A DNA stretch of 64,000 nucleotides from Candidatus Burarchaeum sp. GTDB taxonomy: Archaea; Micrarchaeota; Micrarchaeia; Burarchaeales; Burarchaeaceae. The notes under the pieces were generated by a model. It did no database searches. It saw only the letters and a list, made by a program, of their open reading frames with translations, and was not told the origin of the DNA. Position 1 is the stretch's first letter. Every line of letters begins with the position of its first letter. A program made the translations under genes and the position numbers. Below are positions 29,461 through 39,530 of this stretch, piece by piece. The stretch covers positions 9,340 through 73,339 of the forward strand of contig JAUSNF010000021.1 of assembly GCA_030646255.1 (NCBI GenBank), written 5' to 3'.

Positions 29461-29498
29461 AAACTACACTCGCCCGGGCAATATAAACCTTTATATTC

Positions 29499-29996
29499 TT
29501 GGGCAATGCATCTCAGACCATGCTCGACATAAGGAACACGGTGCTGACGTACGCGGAAGCGCGCAGGACGGCAAAGGGCGCGATAAGCGGCATCAACGTG
29601 AACATCTCGCTCGACGACGTGCTCGTGCGCGGCCAGGAGATAGAGATAAACTTCAAGTACACGGTCGAGTACGCGGAAAAGGTTGGCACACTTACAATGT
29701 ACGGCCTCATGACTGCATCGGGCTCGCTCGAGGAATGCCAGGCGCTTTCTAGGCAGTGGTCTGCAACCCGCAAGCTGCCCAAGGAGTTTGCCGAGGATGT
29801 CCTCAACACCATAAATTACGCGTGCGGCACGAACGGCACTTTGGTCGTGCGCGCAGTCAACCTCTCGCCGCCCATGGTGCCCCCGCGAATTACGGTTGCA
29901 GACGCCGGCGCATCCTCCACTGATGAGGGCGCGGCAGAGAAAAAAGAAAGCACGCCTGCAACTGAGCCTGCAAATGCACAACCAGGAGAAGAATAA
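29499..29996 (+). CDS. Conserved-looking archaeal hypothetical protein (beta-rich, C-terminal Pro-rich NLSPPMVPP)
   Basis: Genome-typical codons; possible arcadin-1-like family, unverified. Confidence 0.7.
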   Translation: MGNASQTMLDIRNTVLTYAEARRTAKGAISGINVNISLDDVLVRGQEIEINFKYTVEYAEKVGTLTMYGLMTASGSLEECQALSRQWSATRKLPKEFAEDVLNTINYACGTNGTLVVRAVNLSPPMVPPRITVADAGASSTDEGAAEKKESTPATEPANAQPGEE

Positions 29997-30003
29997 GCAC
30001 TTC

Positions 30004-30216
30004 CTATTCCTTTACATCAGCCGCCTTTCTCTCAAGCTCCTTTGATGAGCGCAGCACATCAGACATCTCTTCCATTAACTCTTGCTTGTCCCGCTTGCGC
30101 TTCTCAAGCGCATAATTGGTAAGGGGCAGCATTCCGAGCGCGCGCCTGAAGATGCCCTTCACAAACCTGAAAGGCGCGGCGATTATTGAATACCCGAAGG
30201 GCTCGCGTTGTTCCAT
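30004..30216 (-). CDS. Small hypothetical protein
   Basis: TATA-like box upstream; fills gap. Confidence 0.5.
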   Translation of the reverse strand: MEQREPFGYSIIAAPFRFVKGIFRRALGMLPLTNYALEKRKRDKQELMEEMSDVLRSSKELERKAADVKE

Positions 30217-30273
30217 CTTCTCACAGCACTGCTTCCGCATTAACCTTTTAAAATGGGACAGGAATAGTGCCCC

Positions 30274-31122
30274 ATGGTGCTCGAGCACATAATCTCAACC
30301 CAAAGGCTAGAGCGGAGCCCTTACCTCATCCTTTTCATCTCCTTCATCTTTGTCTCCTTCGCAGTATTCCTCACGCACTACTTCTATCCGAACGACCACG
30401 GCATGGTCGTAATTTTGCTCACGATCCTTCCCGCAATCCCATTCTTCCTTAACTTCATACGCACTGAGGAGCAAAGGCACGAGGTTGAAAGCGGGATGCG
30501 GCATAATATTTTCCACATATACAAGCCCCTCATCTCGCTCTACATATTCTTCTTCATCGGCACTGCGCTCAGCTTCGCGTTCTGGGCATCCATACTTCCC
30601 ATCGGGGTTTCAGATTCCATGTTCAGCGAATTGAAAGCAGAGTTATCCCTGGTGCAAGGCGCAGTAACACCTCCTGCGCTGACTTATGCCGGCTCGCCCT
30701 TTGAATTCATACTAACCCGCAACCTGCTGGTGTTCGCCCTCATGATCCTCTTCTCATTCATCTACAGCATCGGCTCAATATTCCTTCTAACTTGGAACGC
30801 CGCGCTGCTCGGCATGTTCATGGAGCAGTCAGTGCGCACCCAGATGCTCCTCATCTCGCAACAGTTCGGCCTCTTCGCCTATCCTGTTGCATTTGTCATG
30901 GGCTCAGTAGCGGGCCTCCTCAGCGTTCTGCCCCACGGCATCTTCGAGCTGAGCGCCTTCTTCATCGCCAGCCTCGCGGGCGGCATCCTGTCGGTCGCGC
31001 TCGAGCGCGGCACCTACAGGCGGCAATGCTTCTGGTGCATCATCCAGGACGCCTCGAAGCTCTTTATTCTGGCGCTGGTGCTGCTCGTGATCGGGGCAGC
31101 GATCGAAGGGCTTTACGCGTGA
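30274..31122 (+). CDS. SpoIIM/DUF95 family membrane protein
   Basis: LPHGIFEL and GAAIEG motifs; multi-TM. Confidence 0.85.
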   Translation: MVLEHIISTQRLERSPYLILFISFIFVSFAVFLTHYFYPNDHGMVVILLTILPAIPFFLNFIRTEEQRHEVESGMRHNIFHIYKPLISLYIFFFIGTALSFAFWASILPIGVSDSMFSELKAELSLVQGAVTPPALTYAGSPFEFILTRNLLVFALMILFSFIYSIGSIFLLTWNAALLGMFMEQSVRTQMLLISQQFGLFAYPVAFVMGSVAGLLSVLPHGIFELSAFFIASLAGGILSVALERGTYRRQCFWCIIQDASKLFILALVLLVIGAAIEGLYA

Positions 31123-31138
31123 AATAAAAAATTAGAAA

Positions 31139-31210
31139 CGCCCCGAGTCGGGTTCGAACCGACGGCCTACTGGTTAACAGCCAGTCGCTCTACCACTGAG
31201 CTATCGGGGC
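31139..31210 (-). tRNA. tRNA-Asn(GTT), intronless
   Basis: GCCCCGATAGCTCAGTGGTAGAGCGACTGGCTGTTAACCAGTAGGCCGTCGGTTCGAACCCGACTCGGGGCG. Confidence 0.96.
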
Positions 31211-31368
31211 AAATGGACCAAGGTCCCTTTGCTCAACCTCCTTTTATTTAGCTACGGTTTCTTGCTAGTTTCCCTTTTATTTAGCAAGGTTCCTTGCAGA
31301 CCTCCTTCACCCAACCTCCCTTCGCAGGAAAGGTTCACCCTTCTTTTCCGTCATGCCAAATATATAAA

Positions 31369-31746
31369 TCAAATCCTCGGCCTGCGCAGGTGGTAGTACA
31401 CCGTGCGCAGGGGCAGATGGAGCTTATGCGCAATCTCCGCGGCCGCAAAGCCCTGCCCGTGCAGCTCCTCAATCATCTTCAACTTCTCGCGCGCATGCAC
31501 GTGCGGCCTGCCCCTCTTCACCCTTTCAACCGCAATCTCAACGCCCATCTGCTCGAGCGCGGCAACTGCGCTCCTGGGCAGGCTCCCATATATTGCGGGC
31601 GAGCACATTATGCGCGAAACAGGCGCTTTTTGCATAATCTGCGCTAGAAGAACCGTGCTCACCTTTCTTTTCAGAAGCAGCTCAGGGTCGTGCGCCCTTT
31701 CCACTGCTTCGAGCACCTGCCTGTTGCTTCCCCTTATCTCGAGCAC
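31369..31746 (-). CDS. DUF1699-like protein with C-terminal HTH
   Basis: RGRP then EIAHKLHLPLRTVYYHL. Confidence 0.7.
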   Translation of the reverse strand: MLEIRGSNRQVLEAVERAHDPELLLKRKVSTVLLAQIMQKAPVSRIMCSPAIYGSLPRSAVAALEQMGVEIAVERVKRGRPHVHAREKLKMIEELHGQGFAAAEIAHKLHLPLRTVYYHLRRPRI

Positions 31747-33073
31747 CTTTCACCAGCTCCATGAACTTCTTCGCCCTTTCTCCGCCCGACAGCAGCGCCT
31801 CCACCTTTCCGCGCGCCTCGTACAGCTCGTCCTCTCCAACGCGGAAGAACTCCGCGCACCATTTCTCCTTTTTCTCGCTCCTCATCAAGAAGAGCGCAGC
31901 TCCGAACAAATCTCCCTTTATGCCAGCAGAAAGCGGCTCGCTGTCAATCTTCTCGAGCAGCAGCGCGCCCGCATCCGTCACACCCAACGCCCTGCTCACA
32001 GGCCCGAACATGCGCACCTGCTTCAGGCTCAAGGATGCGGACAAAGTTGGAAATATCGGCGCGCTCTCGCGCTTGCGCACAGGCGTGCTCATGTAGTACC
32101 TGAAGAGGTCGAGCGCAAGCGCCTCGGAAGCCGTGCGCGCGGCACTTGCCTTCAGCCACTTCCGCCTCTCCTCCACAGCATCAGCCAAGCCCTCGCCGAG
32201 CACATACCCTTCCTTGCCCTTGGCAGCCAGCCCTTTCTCAGCCAGCTGCTCCATTATCCTGAAATACTTGTCATCGTCATCCTCGAGCGCATTCAAATCC
32301 GCCATTCCATTCTTGGAAAGCACTTCGACATAGCCGGACAGCTTGCTATTCTTCCGGAGCTCAGCATCGAACTCCTGCGCAGCTTTTGCAGATGCAAGCG
32401 CGGAATAGGCGCTCGCCACGCAGGCGCGCACGCCTTTGCTCCGAACTAGCGAATCCTGGGCAGTCCGCACCTCAGTGGAAACCACGCGCGCCGCCGCACC
32501 ATAGGCGCGCCTCACGCGCTCCTCAATCTTCTGGTCGCTCAGCAGCCTTATCTTCTCCTGCACCTTCTTGCCGCCCACATCGCGCTCAATGGTCACGAGC
32601 ACGCTCCTCTCAAGCTCGCTTCCAGCAGCCGCAAGAGTTTCCAAAAGAACCGAGTATGCATGCACAGCATGCTCGCCGTGCTTAACAAGCTGCGCTATGT
32701 AATTGCCGCCGAGCGGCAGCGTCTTCAGCGCCTCGCTCCCGCCCCGCTCAAGCAGCCTGGCCGCAATCTTGTTCGCAGCAATCGCCACCATGAGCCTGTT
32801 CAGCGTGAACTTCTTGGCGTTCGCCAAATCTTTCATCTTGCGCAGCTGCTTCTTCAAATCAGAAAGCTCCGCTTCCTCCAGCTCCTCGGACTTCTTGGCA
32901 TCGCCCGCGCCGGTGAACGGAGTGCTGAACCCGCCCGCGCGCATCTCCTCCTTGAACCTCTCAAGCTCGTCAATGGTCTGAAGCGCCTCATCCACGCGCG
33001 CGGGCTCGGCTATCGCATCCATGAACTTGTTGGCCTGCGCAATCAGGCTGGCCGATGAGCTCGTTTCAAGCAT
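31682..33073 (-). CDS. DUF530-like archaeal protein
   Basis: LIAQANKFMD..GFSTPF..LNRLMVAIAANK..LPLGGNY. Confidence 0.7.
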   Translation of the reverse strand: MLETSSSASLIAQANKFMDAIAEPARVDEALQTIDELERFKEEMRAGGFSTPFTGAGDAKKSEELEEAELSDLKKQLRKMKDLANAKKFTLNRLMVAIAANKIAARLLERGGSEALKTLPLGGNYIAQLVKHGEHAVHAYSVLLETLAAAGSELERSVLVTIERDVGGKKVQEKIRLLSDQKIEERVRRAYGAAARVVSTEVRTAQDSLVRSKGVRACVASAYSALASAKAAQEFDAELRKNSKLSGYVEVLSKNGMADLNALEDDDDKYFRIMEQLAEKGLAAKGKEGYVLGEGLADAVEERRKWLKASAARTASEALALDLFRYYMSTPVRKRESAPIFPTLSASLSLKQVRMFGPVSRALGVTDAGALLLEKIDSEPLSAGIKGDLFGAALFLMRSEKKEKWCAEFFRVGEDELYEARGKVEALLSGGERAKKFMELVKGARDKGKQQAGARSSGKGARP

Positions 33074-33170
33074 TTTCCCACAACGGTAAAATTGTTGTAA
33101 AAGTAAGTTATATAATGGTTTTATAAAGGGGGGACGGCATAATGACCTACTATTCCTAAAGGTGCGCGCA

Positions 33171-34199
33171 ATGCTGTTTAGACAAGTGCCAATCATTCCT
33201 CCTGAGCACCGCCCGCTCGCAAGGGCGGTCAATGTGGTTAGCCGGCGCTGGGCGATAGGTCAACCATTTGACGACGCATTTGACACTTTCAGCAGCCTCA
33301 GCCGCGGCCAAGCGCCCAAGACGCCTCCCAGCAATTTTTTCAGCAAGCTTCTCGAAAACGAGCTGGTGCAGCAGGCGGTCGACGTAATTGCGTTTGACCT
33401 GGCGTTACAAAAGGTTTCCAACTTGCTGCAAAGCAAGCCTAAGGACGAACTGGCGCATTTCACTTCGCTATCATCCGAAGTTACGGAAGCCCTTGAATTC
33501 GCGGAAAATCTTTCCTCGGATTTTCTTAAACACTCGTCACATCAAAAAATCGCATATGTCGATCTTCTGCTTCTGCGTAGCCATGAGCTGCGTGATTGCG
33601 GCAACGCGCCCGAGGCGCTCCTCTACCTGGACGAAGCCATCTCCTTCGACCCCTCCCGTGACGATATACGCACACACAGGTTAGCGTTTCTGTATGAATC
33701 GTTAAACGCCTCAAGCGATTTGAAGTCTCCCGATGCCATTGAACTAGCAAATAAAGTGCTTGCAGACGCCACATACTTAATCGATAATGGGTTTGACACT
33801 GGAGGAATCAGGACAATGCGCGGATGCGCTTGTTTCTCGTTAAATGATATGCAATCTGCAGAATTGGATTTCCGCGAAGCCCTCAGAATCTTTTTGAACG
33901 TCCCAGTCAACACCGCTAATGATGTGATGATGGCGATGCTTGATTATTCCTACCTGGGCATCTTGAAATTCCAAACTGGAACTTTGGCAGAGCTCCCAAA
34001 AAGCAAACTGGTTCATTTCGAGAATGCATTTGACTTTTTTATGTGCGCCAAAATGGCAATCGAAAAGTCCCCAGTCCCGCTAATGGGTTTACCCAATAAA
34101 TTTCTTGGCTCGCTGGAGAATGGTTTGGCGGCGGCTAGCAGGGAAAAGCAGCTTGTCCTGGACGCATTGGCAAAATCAAACCAAACAGATCTTTCATAG
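33171..34199 (+). CDS. TPR-like orphan protein
   Basis: EALLYLDEAISFDP; RGCACFSLNDMQSAELDFREAL. Confidence 0.7.
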   Translation: MLFRQVPIIPPEHRPLARAVNVVSRRWAIGQPFDDAFDTFSSLSRGQAPKTPPSNFFSKLLENELVQQAVDVIAFDLALQKVSNLLQSKPKDELAHFTSLSSEVTEALEFAENLSSDFLKHSSHQKIAYVDLLLLRSHELRDCGNAPEALLYLDEAISFDPSRDDIRTHRLAFLYESLNASSDLKSPDAIELANKVLADATYLIDNGFDTGGIRTMRGCACFSLNDMQSAELDFREALRIFLNVPVNTANDVMMAMLDYSYLGILKFQTGTLAELPKSKLVHFENAFDFFMCAKMAIEKSPVPLMGLPNKFLGSLENGLAAASREKQLVLDALAKSNQTDLS

Positions 34200-34204
34200 C
34201 CCGC

Positions 34205-35311
34205 CTACGGCAGGAACTTCTTCGCCTTAATCTTCTCCCGTAAATATTCACCAACGAATGAAAGGCGGGGACCCTGCAGCGCATCCTGCTCAAGCTTCTT
34301 CTTGGTCTTCAGCACGGTCTTCAGCTCATTCACCCATTCCTTGTGCCGCGCAATCCACGGGTAATCCATCATTTCCTGCGCCCTCTTCAGGTCAACCTCT
34401 TTTGCGTTAATCGTCAGCTTTCCAAGGAAGTCATAATCCACAATGTCCTGCATCGTCACGCCCACAAACCGCGCACTCGGCGTTGCGATGTCGTCCGCCA
34501 GATATGCCAGATTCATGCTGCCCGTCTTGATGGCCCAGTAAATGTACCAGCCCCACGCATCGCAGTCCGTGAAAACATAGACCGGCAGCTTCTTCTGCGA
34601 CAGTTTCTTGATTAGGCGCCTGCATCCGCGCGAGGCCTGCCCCTTGGGCGTAATCAGAATGCACCCCTCCTTCTTCCAGAACTTGTCCTCATTCAGCCTC
34701 TGCCACAGCGCGTCCTTTTCCACTACAAGCACATAATTCGCATCCACCTTCTCAAACTCCATTCCATTGTCCACATCGCTCGGAATGGCCCAGCCGCTCC
34801 TGCCCTGCTTTGCGCAGTCAATTTTCGTTTCATCCCCTCCAAACCTGTCCACCACCGTCATCTCACCCGCCACCACTCCCTTCCTGTCTGTATTCAGGTT
34901 CAAATCCTCTCTCTTGAGTGTGAGCGCCACTTCCAAATCTTCTATGAGCGGGTTCGACTCGCTCTGCTCCGTGAAAAGCTCCTCCTCCACGTCATCCCCG
35001 AGCGAGTACTTGAGCTGGTAGAACAAACCTCTGATTGAAGTGTGCGACTTCTCCTCCAAAAACTTCTTGCACTTTGAAGCAACCGCAACAGTCTGCATGA
35101 ACTTGCGCGCCTGCCCCACATTCACAAAAGTCCTCGTCTCCTTCTTCTCGCCCAGCCGCAGATAGCCGAAGCTCTCGTCATAGTTGATGTTGCCCCTGCT
35201 CCTCACCGCAGTTTCGAACTCGGGCGAGCTGCCCCTCATCACTTCTGCAATCATATTCTTGCCAAGCGTCTCGAGCTTCTCAAGCGCCGCCTCGCTGTCT
35301 TTTTTTGCCAT
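34205..35311 (-). CDS. top6A: DNA topoisomerase VI subunit A
   Basis: RGLFY catalytic Tyr, VVEKDA, KGQ, DCDAWG TOPRIM motifs. Confidence 0.96.
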   Translation of the reverse strand: MAKKDSEAALEKLETLGKNMIAEVMRGSSPEFETAVRSRGNINYDESFGYLRLGEKKETRTFVNVGQARKFMQTVAVASKCKKFLEEKSHTSIRGLFYQLKYSLGDDVEEELFTEQSESNPLIEDLEVALTLKREDLNLNTDRKGVVAGEMTVVDRFGGDETKIDCAKQGRSGWAIPSDVDNGMEFEKVDANYVLVVEKDALWQRLNEDKFWKKEGCILITPKGQASRGCRRLIKKLSQKKLPVYVFTDCDAWGWYIYWAIKTGSMNLAYLADDIATPSARFVGVTMQDIVDYDFLGKLTINAKEVDLKRAQEMMDYPWIARHKEWVNELKTVLKTKKKLEQDALQGPRLSFVGEYLREKIKAKKFLP

Positions 35312-35430
35312 AACAACCACCACAAACGACCGCAATCATTTACTTCTTGCCATTCTTCTTCATCTCGCCCGCCATCACCTTTTACTTCTTGCCATTCCCC
35401 GCAGCCCTCGCCGCCCTTTCCGCCAATCGC

Positions 35431-37071
35431 CTACTCCTCGCCATTCCCATTCTCCCCATTTGCCGCATGCTCCACAGCAGCCGCCTCGCCCGCAATCTCC
35501 TCTAAGCTGGCCTCCTCAATGTGCTTCTGGTATTTTCCTTCGACAAGCGCAACCAGCTTCTTCTGAATCTGCTCGGCACTGCCCTTGCCCGACAGGTCAG
35601 CCAGGTCGCGCGCCAGCTGCTCCACATATCTCATAATAGCCTTCTTCTTGGCCTCGCGCTCGCCAACGCGCGCCTTGCCCCTCAGATGCAGCTGCACGTC
35701 GCGGCAGCACTCCATGACAGAGCGCTTAATCTCATCAAGAATTTCCTCCTCATCCGAAATGGCCTGCTTGCCCGCGCCCGTGTAGGGCACGTGCACTGAC
35801 ACGAAGTTCACGAATATAGTAATCGGCATGACGTCAAAGTCCCTCATGTCATACCTGTTCCAGTCAATCGAGTTGCACGCCTCGCTGATGGCGCACCCGC
35901 CTGCGTCAAACAAAAGCGGCGCCCTGTTCGCATACCTTATGATGCTCCCGCCCACCGCGCCCTCAGCAGTTCTCCTTCCTGCATTCCCTCCATAGGCAAC
36001 TGCGGCCTCGACCATGAACGGCACGCCGCCCCTGAAAACTTTGGGCTTGCGGTCGCCCACAACCATGAACTCGGGATTCAAAATATTCACGAGCGCCTTC
36101 TCAATCTGCTCCTTGCCAATTGGCCTGAGCGCGTCTGTCGAAGGCGCAATCCACTTCATCTGCTGGAATGCCTTTGTCATCTCCTCGGCCTCGGGCCACG
36201 TGAGCGCAGCCGGCTTCTTGTCAATGTCAAAATTCGGCATGACTGTGCGCAGCTCGTCAATCTTGGCCGCGCTCACGCGCGCGAAGTTGTTTGTAAGGAA
36301 GCTCGTGAGCTTGCGGTCCTCGGAGTGGTGGGCCATGTCTATGAGCTCGTGCGTGGTTATGCCGAGCGGATGCGGCAGGACCTCCTGCCCCTTCTGCGGC
36401 ACGACCGAGCTCGCGCGCGGGAAGATTGCGCTGTCGCCATCCGGGCCGCTGAATGAAATTTGCGCGTGCGGGTTCGCGAGCGCAGTGCGCTTTATGTACT
36501 CGAACACGCCGTACTCGCCCTTGTCGTACTTCACCTCGCCGAACTCGCCCTCCACGATAAGGCCCTTGAAATCGCCATCCACCGTCTTCTCGTTTGCAGG
36601 CAGCGGCCTGTTGGTCTTCAAATCAACCGCAAGGTCGCACTCGTAAACCTTTCCCGTGCCTGTGCCAGTCCGTATGTGCACCGGCTTGCCTGTAGTAATC
36701 TGTGCGAACATCGTGCAGCCAGATGCTCCAATTCCCTGCTGCCCTCGCTGCTGCATATACCTGTGGAATTTAGTTCCAGCCAGCATCATGCCCAGGGCCT
36801 TGCCCACAAGCTTTGGCGGAATGCCCGGCCCATTATCTTCAACCCTCACAATACAGTGGTCGCCATTGTTTGCAGACTCAATCTTGACTGAAATGTCCGG
36901 TAGGATGCCGCCCTCCTCGCACGCATCGAGCGAGTTCGTCACGTACTCATGCACGATGGTGGTGAGGCTCCTGGTCTTGCCCGCAAAGCCGAGCATCTGC
37001 CTGTTCTTGCGGAAGAACTCGGCAACCGAATGCTCGCGGAATTCCTTGAATATGGTATCTGCACTAGCCAT
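35431..37071 (-). CDS. top6B: DNA topoisomerase VI subunit B
   Basis: SVAEFF, EYVTNSLDACE, DNGPGI, RGQQGIG. Confidence 0.97.
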   Translation of the reverse strand: MASADTIFKEFREHSVAEFFRKNRQMLGFAGKTRSLTTIVHEYVTNSLDACEEGGILPDISVKIESANNGDHCIVRVEDNGPGIPPKLVGKALGMMLAGTKFHRYMQQRGQQGIGASGCTMFAQITTGKPVHIRTGTGTGKVYECDLAVDLKTNRPLPANEKTVDGDFKGLIVEGEFGEVKYDKGEYGVFEYIKRTALANPHAQISFSGPDGDSAIFPRASSVVPQKGQEVLPHPLGITTHELIDMAHHSEDRKLTSFLTNNFARVSAAKIDELRTVMPNFDIDKKPAALTWPEAEEMTKAFQQMKWIAPSTDALRPIGKEQIEKALVNILNPEFMVVGDRKPKVFRGGVPFMVEAAVAYGGNAGRRTAEGAVGGSIIRYANRAPLLFDAGGCAISEACNSIDWNRYDMRDFDVMPITIFVNFVSVHVPYTGAGKQAISDEEEILDEIKRSVMECCRDVQLHLRGKARVGEREAKKKAIMRYVEQLARDLADLSGKGSAEQIQKKLVALVEGKYQKHIEEASLEEIAGEAAAVEHAANGENGNGEE

Positions 37072-37088
37072 GAAACACACCATTTTTC

Positions 37089-37490
37089 CTATCTCATCAA
37101 CCTTTCCTTCACGAATGAAACCAGCCGCTTGGCATCCTGCATGGCGCTCTCGGCTTCCGGGGCTTTCGCCATTCTCTCGCCATAGGCTACGTTATTCTTC
37201 AATCCGAGCAGCCGACTCAAATGCCTGGTCGCACTTTTTACTTGCGGGTCGTTTGGTGCGCAACTTATAAATAAGTTTACCGCTTCCTCATGCCGCTGGC
37301 TTCCACTTCTTTCTCCCTTGTTATACACGCAGAAGGCATCTGCGGCGGAAATCGAGGCGTGGACTGCCATAAGCATGCACACGTCCCATTCGCCCCTTTT
37401 TCCGGCCTCTTCCATCGCGTTGAGCATCTGCTCCGCCTTAGCCAGGTAATTGCCATACAGCTCCCTTTGCACCTTCACAGTTTCGCTCAT
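37089..37490 (-). CDS. HEPN domain protein
   Basis: YLAKAEQML..H..KNNVAYG..AMQDAKRLV; coupled to MNT gene. Confidence 0.85.
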   Translation of the reverse strand: MSETVKVQRELYGNYLAKAEQMLNAMEEAGKRGEWDVCMLMAVHASISAADAFCVYNKGERSGSQRHEEAVNLFISCAPNDPQVKSATRHLSRLLGLKNNVAYGERMAKAPEAESAMQDAKRLVSFVKERLMR

Positions 37491-38095
37491 GGCATCACGT
37501 AAATTCCATTTCTGGCCTTTTCTATTATCTCTGCAAATTCCGTCTCCCTTTGTACGCGACTAGCCACAACTATCGGCTGAAGCGTGTTTCCATATCGGAT
37601 CAAAGTTTCTGTAGACAGCGTCACCATTTCTTCCATTATATCGCTTCCTATCCGTACAGTTGATTTTTTGTTATACGTTTCTTTTTTCAAAACAATCAGC
37701 AGGTCTATATCGCTTCCTTCCTCTTCCCTTCTCTCTCCAACAGAACCATAAATCACCGCGAACTCTATGCTTTCCTTCCATTTTTCCAGTTTTCCGGCTA
37801 TCATTTTTTTCAAATCGGCATATGGGTTTGCGAGCGCCGCCAACCCGGCCAGTTTCTCACGCGCGAAGCTTTTCTCCTTCACAAACCATATTTTCGAGCC
37901 GCCCACCCTGGATGCGGAGACCAAGCCCGCCGACTCGAAGTCTTTCATGATTTTGTTTACCGCCACGTGCGACATGCCGAGCAGCCTGGCGATTTCCCTC
38001 TCGCTTGCCGCGGGTCCTCCCGTAAGCAGGTACCTCAGGACTTTCGGCTTTCCCCTGTCTCCCAGCAGCATTACCGCTACGTTGCGAAACTTCAT
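37487..38095 (-). CDS. HTH + minimal nucleotidyltransferase (MNT)
   Basis: SEREIARLLGMSH; YGS..SDIDL. Confidence 0.88.
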   Translation of the reverse strand: MKFRNVAVMLLGDRGKPKVLRYLLTGGPAASEREIARLLGMSHVAVNKIMKDFESAGLVSASRVGGSKIWFVKEKSFAREKLAGLAALANPYADLKKMIAGKLEKWKESIEFAVIYGSVGERREEEGSDIDLLIVLKKETYNKKSTVRIGSDIMEEMVTLSTETLIRYGNTLQPIVVASRVQRETEFAEIIEKARNGIYVMP

Positions 38096-38102
38096 GATTA
38101 GC

Positions 38103-38140
38103 TTAACACATGTTAATTTAAAAAGTTAACGGTTGTTAAC
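38103..38140 (-). promoter_or_regulatory. TATA box flanked by palindromic operators (MNT-HEPN promoter)
   Basis: TTAACA-CA-TGTTAA, TTTAAAAA, GTTAAC-GGTT-GTTAAC. Confidence 0.7.
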
Positions 38141-38143
38141 CAT

Positions 38144-38737
38144 TCATCCAATTACCGAGATGCCCTTCTCAACCGCGCCCCTGTACTTCGAGCCCAGCTC
38201 CTCCTCGCTCGCTATGTGCGCCGCCAAACCATTCCCAAACAGCGCGCGGCACTCCTTATCAAGCTCAAGCAGGCTCCTGTCGAGCGAGCTCCTGAAATAG
38301 CCCTCATATCTAGTATGCGGCCTGAGCACGAGCAGCACCTCGATAGCACTGTCCCTTTCCTCCCTTCCTTCAGCAACAGGCCCGAAAAGCACAACCTTCT
38401 GCAGCTCCCGGTAGCCGCCTAGCCTGCCAGCCAGGAGCTCCACCAGCTTTTCAAGCGGCTCTTTTACCAATATAGGCACCAGCGCCTTGTACAGATAGCT
38501 CTCCTTGTTCACGCGCCAGAGCAGTGCATTGCCAACGTGCACGGGCGTGACGAGGTTCAACTCGTGGAACTCGTGCATAGCCTTGCTCACGGCCGTATGG
38601 GAAAGGCCCATCATCTCGGCCACCTCGCGCTCGCTGGCCGACATCTCCTCGTTGAGCAGGCGCAGGAGCAGCTTTACCTTGACCTTGGAGCCCAGCGCCC
38701 TCTCGTAGAACCTGTGGAACCGCATATTTTCGCCCAT
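38144..38737 (-). CDS. HTH + degenerate MNT paralog
   Basis: SEREVAEMMGLSH; FGP..DSAIEV replaces GS..DxD. Confidence 0.8.
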   Translation of the reverse strand: MGENMRFHRFYERALGSKVKVKLLLRLLNEEMSASEREVAEMMGLSHTAVSKAMHEFHELNLVTPVHVGNALLWRVNKESYLYKALVPILVKEPLEKLVELLAGRLGGYRELQKVVLFGPVAEGREERDSAIEVLLVLRPHTRYEGYFRSSLDRSLLELDKECRALFGNGLAAHIASEEELGSKYRGAVEKGISVIG

Positions 38738-38761
38738 TTAAGCCATTTTCAGCACTTTCTG

Positions 38762-38799
38762 TTTACATATGTAAATTTAAAAAGCTTCCGTTTGGCAAC
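38762..38799 (-). promoter_or_regulatory. Paralogous TATA plus palindromic operator
   Basis: TTTACA-TA-TGTAAA then TTTAAAAAG; same layout as 38103-38140. Confidence 0.65.
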
Positions 38800-38897
38800 T
38801 TTAATTATACTTCTCTTTCAAATAGCTTTAAATAGGCGGAGACCCACATTATCCTACTATTTCCGGTTATGCTAGGTGCTGGATTTTGGTGTTGACT

Positions 38898-39461
38898 ATG
38901 GACGTTAGGGTATTCTCCAACGAAGGCGACGAGCTGCGCTCGCTGATGCTGGAGCTGCACAATATGCTCACTGTGATCGAGGGTAAGCCTGAAACGACTG
39001 GGCCGGAGTTCATACTTTACTTCGGGCTGAACAGCAGAATAAGCGCGCTCATGAATGCGCCGGGCTTCGATGCCGAGGGAAGGGACGGCACGGGAACAAC
39101 CCATCTCATGGCGGCTGCGGGCCTCGGCCTCGATGGAGTGGTCAAGGACCTTCTGAACAAGGACGTCATCCCAACCGCATTGGATAATGCTGGGCGGGAT
39201 GCCCTAAAACATGCATCCTCAGCAGCCCCCTGCGAAGCCTCGTCTGAAGGCGAGATGTCTCCCTTTTCCAGCAGATCCCGAAGATACTTCTACACGATGA
39301 GTATCTTGCAGATTGCCATGGAACATGCAGGACAGGTTGATACGGACAAGTTCACAATATTTGTGAGAAGCAGAGACGCCAGTTCCCTTCCCGCACCCAT
39401 GAATTCCGGGAAGTCGGACAAGCAACCGGTCAAGCCAGCAATCAGGCCGCCAATCGCTTAG
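38898..39461 (+). CDS. Ankyrin-repeat-like orphan protein
   Basis: DGTGTTHLMAAAGLGLDGVVKDLL..DNAGRDALKHA. Confidence 0.7.
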   Translation: MDVRVFSNEGDELRSLMLELHNMLTVIEGKPETTGPEFILYFGLNSRISALMNAPGFDAEGRDGTGTTHLMAAAGLGLDGVVKDLLNKDVIPTALDNAGRDALKHASSAAPCEASSEGEMSPFSSRSRRYFYTMSILQIAMEHAGQVDTDKFTIFVRSRDASSLPAPMNSGKSDKQPVKPAIRPPIA

Positions 39462-39530
39462 CCTGCGGCCTAGCGAATACTTAAAAACCAGGGAGCGCAT
39501 ATAATCTAACTATTCCTGGGGTCGCCAAAC

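Noticed and set aside
31240..31300. 33-bp-spaced CCTTTTATTTAGC duplication upstream of tRNA-Asn as an att site
   Set aside because: It is 5' of the tRNA and does not duplicate its 3' end; most likely a tandem promoter-region duplication
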